From Candidatus Undinarchaeota archaeon (GTDB lineage Archaea; SpSt-1190; JASMDC01), in NCBI GenBank assembly GCA_964519305.1, contig CAZFHY010000002.1:64001-128000 (forward strand): a stretch of DNA of 64,000 nt, in the 5' to 3' direction. Both the position numbers and the translations under genes were made by a program. The notes beneath the pieces were generated by a model, which was not told where the DNA came from, did not search any database, and was given only the letters and a program-made list of their open reading frames with translations. Shown one piece after another: positions 28,453 to 37,423 of the stretch (position 1 is the stretch's first letter; every line of letters begins with the position of its first letter).

Positions 28453-29478
28453 ATGGGTGAGAAGATCAGCGAGCCCATGATCCGTATGACGGGGCTCTCA
28501 AAACACTTCGGCGAGCTGAAAGCGGTCGATGATGTCTCTCTCGAGGTCGCCAAGGGCGAAGTTTTCGGCCTCCTGGGACCCAATGGTGCGGGCAAGACCA
28601 CAGCCATCTCCGTACTCTGCACACTCCTGGCGCCCACTGCGGGGGCAGGGATTGTCAACGGCTTCGACGTCGTAGGGGATCCTCTCGAGGTTCGGAAATC
28701 CATCGGTGTGGTGTTCCAGGACCCGAGCCTCGATACGAAGCTCACAGCACGGGAAAACCTGACTCTTCACGCCATGCTCTACGATGTACCGAATGACCTT
28801 GCTGCACGACGTATTGCTGAAGTGCTGGAGCTTGTGGAGCTGACGGACGATGCCGATCGGGATGTCAAGACGTTCTCGGGAGGCATGAAGCGTCGGCTGG
28901 AGATCGCCCGCGGCCTCATCCATCACCCCCAACTGCTCTTCCTGGACGAACCCACACTCGGGCTCGATCCCCAGACCCGCCACCACATCTGGGAGCACGT
29001 CCGCACCCTGAACAAGGAGAAGGACGTCACCATAATCCTCACCACGCATTATATGGACGAGGCGGACGCGCTCTGCGACCGCATAGCCGTCATAGACCAC
29101 GGACGGATCGTGGCCATGGGCTCACCGACGGAGCTCAAGGAGGGGGTGGGCGGTGATCTGATAACCGTAGAGACCGCTTCCGGGAACGACGTGGCCGTCG
29201 CCAGGACCGCATTGGATAGGCTTGACGGCGTGCTCGACGTGGACGAGAGCGATGGGAAGCTAATGGTCACGGCCAAGGGCGGCGACACCCTGATCCCCCT
29301 CGTAGTGGACGCGTGTCGGGATGCCAAGGTCCGTATCCGCTCGGTGAACCTCCGAACCCCCACGCTCAATGACGTGTTCCTGAAGCATACCGGCACCGAC
29401 CTCAGGGCCGAGAACGGGGATGCTATGGACCACATCCGGCAGATCGTACACAGGAGGGATGGCCGATCTCGGAGATAA
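28453..29478 (+). CDS. ABC transporter ATP-binding protein (DrrA-like)
   Basis: GPNGAGKTT, FSGGM, LFLDEPT and TTHYM motifs. Confidence 0.95.
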   Translation: MGEKISEPMIRMTGLSKHFGELKAVDDVSLEVAKGEVFGLLGPNGAGKTTAISVLCTLLAPTAGAGIVNGFDVVGDPLEVRKSIGVVFQDPSLDTKLTARENLTLHAMLYDVPNDLAARRIAEVLELVELTDDADRDVKTFSGGMKRRLEIARGLIHHPQLLFLDEPTLGLDPQTRHHIWEHVRTLNKEKDVTIILTTHYMDEADALCDRIAVIDHGRIVAMGSPTELKEGVGGDLITVETASGNDVAVARTALDRLDGVLDVDESDGKLMVTAKGGDTLIPLVVDACRDAKVRIRSVNLRTPTLNDVFLKHTGTDLRAENGDAMDHIRQIVHRRDGRSRR

Positions 29479-30218
29479 GGGGCATCTACACGATCTGGCT
29501 GCGGGAGATGATGCGCTACTCCAGAGAGAAGGTCCGTGTGGTATCCTCGCTGGCCATGCCGCTGTTCTTCCTCTTCTTCATCGGTTCGGGGCTGAACACG
29601 GCCTTCGCTGCTGAACGGTATGGCGTCGATTATCTCCAGTTCATGTTCCCCGGTATCCTCGCCATGTCCCTGCTGTTCACGTCCATCGGCTCGGGGCTGT
29701 CCGTGATCTGGGACCGTGAGTTCGGTTTCATGCGCGAGATCCTGGTGGCGCCTATCCGACGAACGTCAGTAGTGGTGGGCAAGCTCCTGGGGGGCACCTC
29801 TGTGGCCATGATCCAGGGCACCCTGCTCCTGCTGACTGCACCGCTCCTGGGGCTCCGCATTCCCCTGGCAGCGGTCCCTGGGATCCTGGGGACCATGGCG
29901 CTCATCTCATCGGGCATAGTCGGTCTGGGCCTGCTCATCGCCGCCCTCTCCGAGTCATTTGAGGGGCACTCGGTGATCATGACGTTCATCGTCATGCCCA
30001 TGTTCATCCTGTCAGGGGCCTTTTTTCCAATCGACCGGCTCCCCTCGTGGCTGGCGGTCCTGGTGGCCGTTGATCCGCTCTCCTACGGCGTGGACCTCCT
30101 GCGCCACCTCATGCTCGGGACAGGGGCCAACAGCATCGCGCTCAATGTGGGGGCTATGGTGTGCTTCTCCGTGGCGACCATCGCCGCCTGCACCAGGGCC
30201 TTCGAACGGGAGATGTAG
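29475..30218 (+). CDS. ABC-2 type permease (DrrB-like)
   Basis: FMFPGI, WDREFGFMREILVAP and SGAFFP motifs. First ATG is at 29508, but the family-like RGIYTIWLRE extends back to ATA 29475. Confidence 0.88.
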   Translation: MRGIYTIWLREMMRYSREKVRVVSSLAMPLFFLFFIGSGLNTAFAAERYGVDYLQFMFPGILAMSLLFTSIGSGLSVIWDREFGFMREILVAPIRRTSVVVGKLLGGTSVAMIQGTLLLLTAPLLGLRIPLAAVPGILGTMALISSGIVGLGLLIAALSESFEGHSVIMTFIVMPMFILSGAFFPIDRLPSWLAVLVAVDPLSYGVDLLRHLMLGTGANSIALNVGAMVCFSVATIAACTRAFEREM

Positions 30219-30343
30219 GGCCGCATCGCCGGGGCACCAAGAATAAAATATAGCTAGGTAGTATAGCCCAACACGTTATCGGGTACGAGATCATGACGTA
30301 CGATGTGATCTACGAGACACTGCGGGAATAGGTACGGTACACG

Positions 30344-31720
30344 TCATTCTTCTGCAGGGAGCCCGTTATTCTTGATGACTTGTGCATACCACAGTGCCGA
30401 GTCCTTTGGTATGCGACGCTGTGTGACGTAATCCACGTATACGATACCGAACCGCTGACTGTACCCCCGCTCCCATTCGAAATTATCCATGAGCGACCAC
30501 GCGTAGTACCCTCGCACGTCGACACCCTCCTCGATGGCGCGATGCACCTGGGAAAGGTGATCGCGGAGGAAGGTGAGGCGACGTGGATCGCGGATCCTGT
30601 CGTCAGGACCTATCTGGTCGGGGAAGGCGGCGCCGTTCTCTGTGATGTAGATCGGGATGGAGTAATAGTCGCGGTCCAGACGGACGAGGATGTCATGTAT
30701 CCCCTCGGGAGTCACATCCCACCCCATGGTCGTGTGCTCGCCCTCCTGTGGAATGTCGGTGAGCTGGAGGGGTCCGTCACGTGACGCGCGGATGACCTGA
30801 CGGAAGTAGTAGTTAACTCCAAGGAAGTCGATAGGTTCGGCCAGCGTCTCCACCTCGGAAGTGGACACCAGCGGCAGGGCCCCTTGGTGACGGTACCACT
30901 CTACCATGTCCGTGGGGTACGCTCCCGCGAGGAGCGGATCGAGGAACCAGCGATTGAAGAACCCATCGAACCTGCGGGCAGCGGCCACGTCCTGCTCACG
31001 GCCCGAAGCAGGAGTAGCAGGAGTGAGGTTCAGCACGATTCCGATGTCCCCCGTGAGCCCGGTGTCACGGAAGGCGGCCACAGCTCTTGCATGTGCGAGC
31101 AGAACGTTGTGCGCTACCACCAGAGCGGTGGACAGGTCCTTCACACCGGGAGCATGGTCGCCGATGAGGTTGCCCTTCATGGCCACGCACCAGGGCTCGT
31201 TGATGGTGGCCCATCGCGGGACGAGGTCGCCCAGCTCCTTATAGCATGTCCTGGCGTATCGGACAAAAGCGTCCACTGTGTCCTGAGATGTCCAGCCACC
31301 ACGCTCCTGGAGCTTAAGTGGCAGGTCCCAGTGATATAGGGTGACCATAGGTGAGATGCCTGCTTCATGCAGCCCTTCCAGAAGACGGCGATAGAACGCC
31401 AGTCCCTCTGGATTGATCTCACCATCACCTCCGGGTACGATGCGTGGCCAGGCCAATGACAGACGATAGGTCTGCAGGCCAAGCTCCCGCATCAGCGCGA
31501 TGTCCTCGCGCCACCGGTGGTAATGGTCACAGGCCACATCGCCGGAATCCCCTCCCTCTATGGTACTGGGGGAACGGCAGAATGCATCCCAGATGGAAGG
31601 GGCACGGCCGTCCTCGCTGACCGCGCCCTCTATCTGGTAGGCAGCTGTCGCTGCACCCCAGAGAAAGCCCTCAGGGAAGCTGAGCGTTCGCCCGGACCGC
31701 GCGTCGTCGGGCGCTCTCAC
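30344..31720 (-). CDS. GH1 beta-glucosidase
   Basis: FPEGFLWGAATAAYQIEG, TINEP, YITENG and WSLMDNFEW motifs. Confidence 0.96.
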   Translation of the reverse strand: MRAPDDARSGRTLSFPEGFLWGAATAAYQIEGAVSEDGRAPSIWDAFCRSPSTIEGGDSGDVACDHYHRWREDIALMRELGLQTYRLSLAWPRIVPGGDGEINPEGLAFYRRLLEGLHEAGISPMVTLYHWDLPLKLQERGGWTSQDTVDAFVRYARTCYKELGDLVPRWATINEPWCVAMKGNLIGDHAPGVKDLSTALVVAHNVLLAHARAVAAFRDTGLTGDIGIVLNLTPATPASGREQDVAAARRFDGFFNRWFLDPLLAGAYPTDMVEWYRHQGALPLVSTSEVETLAEPIDFLGVNYYFRQVIRASRDGPLQLTDIPQEGEHTTMGWDVTPEGIHDILVRLDRDYYSIPIYITENGAAFPDQIGPDDRIRDPRRLTFLRDHLSQVHRAIEEGVDVRGYYAWSLMDNFEWERGYSQRFGIVYVDYVTQRRIPKDSALWYAQVIKNNGLPAEE

Positions 31721-31742
31721 AGCGTACTATCACCCGTCCGCG

Positions 31743-32390
31743 CTAGATACAGTCGTGGTTGGTCTTGCACTCTTCCTCGGTATCACCATAGCAGAGGATC
31801 TTACACCCGTACTCATGGGACCAATCACTGCAGTCGGTATCTGCTGTGAAATCGGCACGGACCTCGCTGTCGGCAACCCGGCTGAGGAACTTCAGGTACA
31901 CGCGGCAATCGCACTTGGTGAGCGTCCTGCCTTTAAGATATTCGTCAATATCGATCAGGAACAGACCCGTCTCGGGGGTCACTATTGTAGCGTATACTTC
32001 AGGCGCATGGTCAAGAACCGGCGGGTCCGCCCAGGAGCTCTTCATCCATGCATCGCAGTAATCATGAATGACGTTCTCGGCCTCGGAGCGGGTCACGTCC
32101 TTCGCTGCATCCCAAGCGGCTTCAAGTGGTGATGGGATGGGCTCCTCAATAGGTTCGACCGTTTCCGTCGGTGGAGCCTCTGTGGCTACCGGCGCTTCTG
32201 TTGGTGCGGCCGTTGCAGCGGGCGTGTCAGGTGCTTCCGTTGGTGAGGTGGGGGCCTTGGTTGGTTCGGTCGTCGTCGCGGGAGCTTTGGGTGGAGTGGT
32301 GGCCGCCGGACCTTCGGTCGGGGCGTCATCTCCGCCCATGCAACCGGCCAAGAGGCATAGAGCGATGAGCAGTACTACGGTGTTTTTCAT
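31743..32390 (-). CDS. Lipoprotein with Pro/Thr/Ala/Glu linker and Cys-containing domain
   Basis: LLAGC lipobox and repeated PTEAP units. Confidence 0.75.
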   Translation of the reverse strand: MKNTVVLLIALCLLAGCMGGDDAPTEGPAATTPPKAPATTTEPTKAPTSPTEAPDTPAATAAPTEAPVATEAPPTETVEPIEEPIPSPLEAAWDAAKDVTRSEAENVIHDYCDAWMKSSWADPPVLDHAPEVYATIVTPETGLFLIDIDEYLKGRTLTKCDCRVYLKFLSRVADSEVRADFTADTDCSDWSHEYGCKILCYGDTEEECKTNHDCI

Positions 32391-32487
32391 GATTCGTCAG
32401 ATGGAACCCATCTTTAAAAGCTGTTCGCTGTCGCCAGGCCGAGGCAGGGACAATGTATATAAACAGCGTCCCCTGCCGAGCCCCCTC

Positions 32488-33192
32488 ATGAGCTGGCGGG
32501 AGGATCTTATCGCGGAACTTGATGGTGGTCAGCATTCGATCGGCCACGGTATCGAGCATGGTAGGCGTGTGTACGAGAACGCCCAGGCCATAGCCGATAT
32601 CGAGGGTGGCGATGACGATGTGCTGTTCGCGGCCTCCTACCTCCACGATGTGGCCCGCCCTCTCGTCCCATCCACGGACGGGACCCAGCACCCCATCCTC
32701 GGTGCCCAGATGGCCGGGGAGATCCTCGATGAGATCGGATTCCCTCAGGAGAAGGTCGACGCTGTCAAGCACGCCATCCTCGCACACGAGACCTACGTGG
32801 ACAATCCAGATGGACGTGAACCTCTGACCTATTCAGAGGACCTGATCCTCGCCGACGCCGACCGCATCGATGCTCTGGGCGAGCGCTGCGTGCGCACCCT
32901 CCAGTACGGCGGCTCCACACGTCCTGTGTACGATCCGGACAATCCTGACCGTGAAAAGTTATGGACCATGGGGGAGCCGGCGGTGGATTCCCTCCAGGTC
33001 ATCGAGGCCTACATAACCCGTTACGAGAACGGCACTCTCTTATCCTCCGAAGGGGGTAGGGCCGTTGCCAAGGACCGTGTCGCCTACATGAAAGGACTGG
33101 TGGAAGGTGCCAAGTTAGTGGGCGAGAAGTACTTCTACGAGGAGCCCGGCCCCGATGATGCCGCTCCGGCGGCCGCCGAGGCCTATGCGTAA
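32488..33192 (+). CDS. HD-domain phosphohydrolase
   Basis: HGIEHGRRV, YLHD, AILAH and DADRIDALG motifs. TATATAAA about 25 nt upstream. Confidence 0.88.
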   Translation: MSWREDLIAELDGGQHSIGHGIEHGRRVYENAQAIADIEGGDDDVLFAASYLHDVARPLVPSTDGTQHPILGAQMAGEILDEIGFPQEKVDAVKHAILAHETYVDNPDGREPLTYSEDLILADADRIDALGERCVRTLQYGGSTRPVYDPDNPDREKLWTMGEPAVDSLQVIEAYITRYENGTLLSSEGGRAVAKDRVAYMKGLVEGAKLVGEKYFYEEPGPDDAAPAAAEAYA

Positions 33193-33358
33193 TTAGTGAA
33201 TCCCACTAGCTCATCGTGTCACTCTGATTCGGGACAAGGTGCTGTGTCACTAAGCGTAAGTAACACATACCCCAAAACCCACACATATAAACCGAATCTC
33301 CTACTGTGCCGGGCTGGGTACGGGTCTATAGATCGCACACCTAGGGAAAGTGGTACAT

Positions 33359-34729
33359 ATGTACGAAATCGAAGACACGGTCAATCAGGATGTCGAACGG
33401 GAGAACGTCATCATCATGGGCGCCGCGGGGCGCGACTTCCACGACTTCAACGTCAAGTTTCGCGAGGACGCACAGTATAACGTCGTTGCCTTCACGGCGA
33501 CCCAGATCCCCGACATAGACGGACGGACATATCCCGCTCAACTGTCGGGTGAGCTCTATCCGAACGGAGTCCCCATCTATGACGAGGCCGAGCTACCGCG
33601 CCTCATCAAGGAGCACAACGTCAAGACCGTGATCCTATCGTACAGCGACCTGGCCCATGAGGACGTGATGCACAAGGCATCAACCGTGCTCGCAGCGGGT
33701 GCGAACTTCCAGTTGCTGGGCACCGACGATATATTCCTCGAGTCCTCCAAGCCCGTGATCGCAGTCAACGCCGTGCGCACCGGATGCGGCAAGAGCCAGA
33801 CCACGCGTGCCATCGCCGACAACCTCATCGAGCGGGGCTACAACGTGGTCGCCGTGCGACATCCCATGCCCTATGGCGATCTGGTGAAACAGGAGTGCCA
33901 GCGGTTCGAAACCTACGACGACCTGAACGTACAAGAGTGCACTATCGAGGAGCGGGAGGAGTACGAGCCCTACATCGACCGGGGTATGGTCGTGTACGCT
34001 GGTGTCGACTATGGTAAGATACTCGCCGAGGCAGAGAAGGAGGCCGACATTATCCTCTGGGACGGAGGTAACAATGACGTGCCTTTCTACCGACCTGACC
34101 TCCAGATAACCATCGTCGATCCACATCGTGCAGGCCACGAGCTGACCTATCACCCGGGTGAGGTCAACCTCCGCACCGCCGACGTGGTCCTCATCGGTAA
34201 GGAGGCCACCGCCGACTACAAGGATATTGAGACCGTACGTCACAACACGCGTGAGGCGAATCCTGATGCTACAATCATCGATTCAGCGTCGGTCATCACC
34301 GTGGAGGACGTTTCCCTCGTCGAGGGTAAGCGCGTGCTGGTCGTGGAGGACGGCCCCACATGCACTCATGGTGGCATGGGCTTCGGAGCAGGGCTCATCG
34401 CGGCCGAGAAGTTCGGTGCGGCCGAGATGGTGGACGGCCGCGACTCAGCAGCAGGCTCGCTCAAGGACGTCTACGAGAAGTTCACGCACCTGGGGAAGGT
34501 GCTGCCTGCCATGGGCTACTCGCCCGAGCAGGTGAAGGACCTCGAGAGGACGATCAACGAGAGCGATGCTGAGGTGGTGGTCATGGGCACGCCTATCGAC
34601 CTAAACCGCATCATGACCATCAACAAGCCCACAGTCCGTGTGCACTACGAGCTTGCCACGATCGGACAGCCGGACCTGGACGATGTGCTGGACCGGTTCG
34701 AGCGAGAGGTAGTGGATAAGGAGGAGTAG
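33359..34729 (+). CDS. arcE: COG2403 P-loop enzyme, probable arginine synthetase (ArcE type)
   Basis: IIMGAAGRDFH, AFTATQIP, RTGCGKSQ, RHPMPYGDL, TIEEREEYE, WDGGNND and VEDGPT.THGGM motifs. Confidence 0.75.
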   Translation: MYEIEDTVNQDVERENVIIMGAAGRDFHDFNVKFREDAQYNVVAFTATQIPDIDGRTYPAQLSGELYPNGVPIYDEAELPRLIKEHNVKTVILSYSDLAHEDVMHKASTVLAAGANFQLLGTDDIFLESSKPVIAVNAVRTGCGKSQTTRAIADNLIERGYNVVAVRHPMPYGDLVKQECQRFETYDDLNVQECTIEEREEYEPYIDRGMVVYAGVDYGKILAEAEKEADIILWDGGNNDVPFYRPDLQITIVDPHRAGHELTYHPGEVNLRTADVVLIGKEATADYKDIETVRHNTREANPDATIIDSASVITVEDVSLVEGKRVLVVEDGPTCTHGGMGFGAGLIAAEKFGAAEMVDGRDSAAGSLKDVYEKFTHLGKVLPAMGYSPEQVKDLERTINESDAEVVVMGTPIDLNRIMTINKPTVRVHYELATIGQPDLDDVLDRFEREVVDKEE

Positions 34730-34801
34730 AAGGCACCGCTGTGGTCCGTGTCCCGTCCGGGAGACCATGGGTTAATAAACTTCGACCTAGCTCTCGGTAG
34801 C

Positions 34802-35761
34802 ATGGCCGCGGTGTGCCCTGTACCGGACCGTTCGTACCTGTACAGAGCGCATGTCGTGCTTGTGCTCCTCGTGCTCACCATGGGCTGCAATGGCGGCCCA
34901 CCACCTGGCGAGAGCGACGGCCGTCTTGTCATCGTGGTAACGCTCTCCCCCCAGGTCGAGTTAGTGGAGAGGGTAGGTGGTGACCGCGTGCGCGTCATCC
35001 TCATGGTCCCGCCTGGAGCGAGCCCCCATACCTACGAACCGACACCGTCGCAGATGCGGGATATCGCCTCAGCGAGCGTCTATTTCAAGATAGGGTCGGG
35101 CGTTGAGTTCGAGACCGCCTGGCTCGACAAGCTATTGGGCGTCAATCCGTCGCTCCCAATCATCGACGGGGCCGCGGGTATCGAGCTAATCGGTGAGATA
35201 CATGAGGAGAATGGGACACCTGAAGAGGAACACAATGATGAAGGTCCTGAAGACGCCGGGACCCATCACCACACAGGCACCGATCCTCATATCTGGCTCT
35301 CCCCGGTGAACGCCAAGCGTATGGTGATGAACTTCGCCCGAGGTCTTGCAGAAGTGGACCCGGATCACTCGGGAGATTATCACGCGAACGCCATTGCATA
35401 CATAGCAGAGCTCGACGAGCTTGACGCCTATTTCCGGCAGAGGTTCGAGGGGAAGACGGACAGGACCTTCCTGACCTACCACCCCTCTTTCAGCTATCTG
35501 GCACGGGAGTACGGCCTTGACCAGGTAGGGATCGAACATGAGGGGAAGGAACCGACGCCCCAGGCGCTCCAGCAGGCCATCGAGGATGCGCGGGCGCACG
35601 ATCTGGCCTTCGTCTTCATTAATCCCCAGTTCTCGACCCGCAATGCCGAGACCGTGGCTAGGGAGCTCGATAGCACCACGCGGCCCCTGGACCCGCTCCC
35701 GCGAGCTTATATCACCGACATGAGGGCCATTGCGGACGCACTGGCCGAGGAGTTCTCCTGA
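34802..35761 (+). CDS. znuA: Zn/Mn ABC substrate-binding lipoprotein
   Basis: SPHTYEP, His/acid-rich loop, DPHIWLSP and YHPSF motifs. Confidence 0.92.
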   Translation: MAAVCPVPDRSYLYRAHVVLVLLVLTMGCNGGPPPGESDGRLVIVVTLSPQVELVERVGGDRVRVILMVPPGASPHTYEPTPSQMRDIASASVYFKIGSGVEFETAWLDKLLGVNPSLPIIDGAAGIELIGEIHEENGTPEEEHNDEGPEDAGTHHHTGTDPHIWLSPVNAKRMVMNFARGLAEVDPDHSGDYHANAIAYIAELDELDAYFRQRFEGKTDRTFLTYHPSFSYLAREYGLDQVGIEHEGKEPTPQALQQAIEDARAHDLAFVFINPQFSTRNAETVARELDSTTRPLDPLPRAYITDMRAIADALAEEFS

Positions 35762-35847
35762 GCGCCACGGGCATGCGTCAGGTTTAAGAAAAGCAGCCCG
35801 CTCTCAGTGGCGAAGGCCCGGTGCCTCATGCACATAAGGTGACCGCC

Positions 35848-36603
35848 ATGGTTGAGGAGAAGGTGATCGTCAGGCTCGATGGGGTTGACGTCTCTTTCGG
35901 TGGCAATCCTGTGCTCGATGGTGTCACTCTCGACATCCATGAGAACGACTACATGGCCATCCTCGGTCCCAATGGGGGCGGGAAGAGCACCTTGCTAAAG
36001 GTGATCCTGGGCCTCATCCCACCCGACGCCGGCAAGGTGGAGGTGTTCGACACCTCGCCTGAAGAAGGTCGACGGCGTATCGGATACCTCCCTCAGTACG
36101 CCCGGTTCGATCTCGAGTTCCCGATTTCTGTGAACGAGGTCGTGCTAATGGGGCGGTACCGTGGTCCTTTCAGTGGCTATACTGCACTGGACCACCAGAA
36201 GGTCACAGAAGCGCTCGAAACCGTTGAGATGAGCGAGTATGGTGACCGGCAGATTGGGGCGCTCTCCGGAGGTCAGCTCCAGCGCGTGCTCCTTGCCCGG
36301 GCCCTCGCGCGGGAACCAGAGCTCCTGCTACTGGATGAGCCCATGGCCAGCATCGATCCGGACATGCAGAGGTCCTTCTACGAGCTCATGGCCGAACTCC
36401 GTGACAGGATGGCCGTCGTAATGGTGACCCACGACATCGGTGTGATGTCCGAGGAGGTCGTGGAGATCGCATGCCTCAACCGGAAGCTCTTCCATCATGG
36501 GGGCGCCGAGGGCGGGGCTGAAGCCCTGGAGGAGGCGTACGCCTGTCCGATACAGCTAATCGGTCACGGCCACCCTCACCGTGTGCTCAGGAGGCATGAG
36601 TGA
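35848..36603 (+). CDS. znuC: Zn/Mn ABC ATP-binding protein
   Basis: [18 protein letters not shown] and IACLNR motifs. Confidence 0.92.
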   Translation: MVEEKVIVRLDGVDVSFGGNPVLDGVTLDIHENDYMAILGPNGGGKSTLLKVILGLIPPDAGKVEVFDTSPEEGRRRIGYLPQYARFDLEFPISVNEVVLMGRYRGPFSGYTALDHQKVTEALETVEMSEYGDRQIGALSGGQLQRVLLARALAREPELLLLDEPMASIDPDMQRSFYELMAELRDRMAVVMVTHDIGVMSEEVVEIACLNRKLFHHGGAEGGAEALEEAYACPIQLIGHGHPHRVLRRHE

Positions 36604-37409
36604 TGCTCGAGGTCCTCCAGTACGAGTTCATGCGCAACGCCCTGATGGCGAGCGTGCTCGTGAGCATAGCCTGTGGTGTTGTCGGCACCTACGTGGTCGT
36701 TAAGCGCATCGTGTTCATCAGCGGCGGCATCGCCCACGCGGCGTTCGGCGGCATAGGTCTGGGGTATCTACTTGGTATCAGCCCCATCCTGACCGCAATA
36801 CCCTTCAGCCTCATGTCGGCAGTGGCCATCGGTGTGCTAGGTCACAGGGAACGTATCAGTGAGGATACCTCAATCGGGATTCTCTGGGCGATGGGGATGG
36901 CGTTGGGGATCATCTTCATAGGGCTGGCACCCGGGTACGCCCCCGATCTTATGAGCTACCTTTTCGGTAACATCCTCACCGTTCCGGTCACCGACCTGTA
37001 CATGATGCTGGCGCTGGACATCGTGATTGTGGGGACCGTAGCGGTGTTCTACCAGGACTTCCTTGCCATCTCCTTCGACGAGGACTTCGCCACCGTGTCT
37101 GGAGCCCCGTCACAAGCCTTGTACCTGCTGCTCCTATGCCTTGTTGCCCTTAGTGTTGTCGTGCTCATCCGGGTCGTTGGTGTTATCCTGGTGGTCGCGC
37201 TCCTGACCATGCCGGCCGCCATCAGCAGGCAGTTCACCTCACGACTCGACCGGCTCATGGCCCTCTCCGTCCTCGTGGGGATGGTTCTCACTGTGACAGG
37301 CTTGTGGCTCTCGTACGTGCTTGACCTGGCATCGGGCGCCACAATCGTAATGGTGCTGGGAACGGCTTTCCTGCTGACATCGTCATTGTACCGGCCATCG
37401 ACAGCATGA
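36603..37409 (+). CDS. znuB: Zn/Mn ABC permease
   Basis: [16 protein letters not shown] and SFDEDFA motifs. Confidence 0.92.
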   Translation: MLEVLQYEFMRNALMASVLVSIACGVVGTYVVVKRIVFISGGIAHAAFGGIGLGYLLGISPILTAIPFSLMSAVAIGVLGHRERISEDTSIGILWAMGMALGIIFIGLAPGYAPDLMSYLFGNILTVPVTDLYMMLALDIVIVGTVAVFYQDFLAISFDEDFATVSGAPSQALYLLLLCLVALSVVVLIRVVGVILVVALLTMPAAISRQFTSRLDRLMALSVLVGMVLTVTGLWLSYVLDLASGATIVMVLGTAFLLTSSLYRPSTA

Positions 37410-37423
37410 TATGAGTGCAAGGC

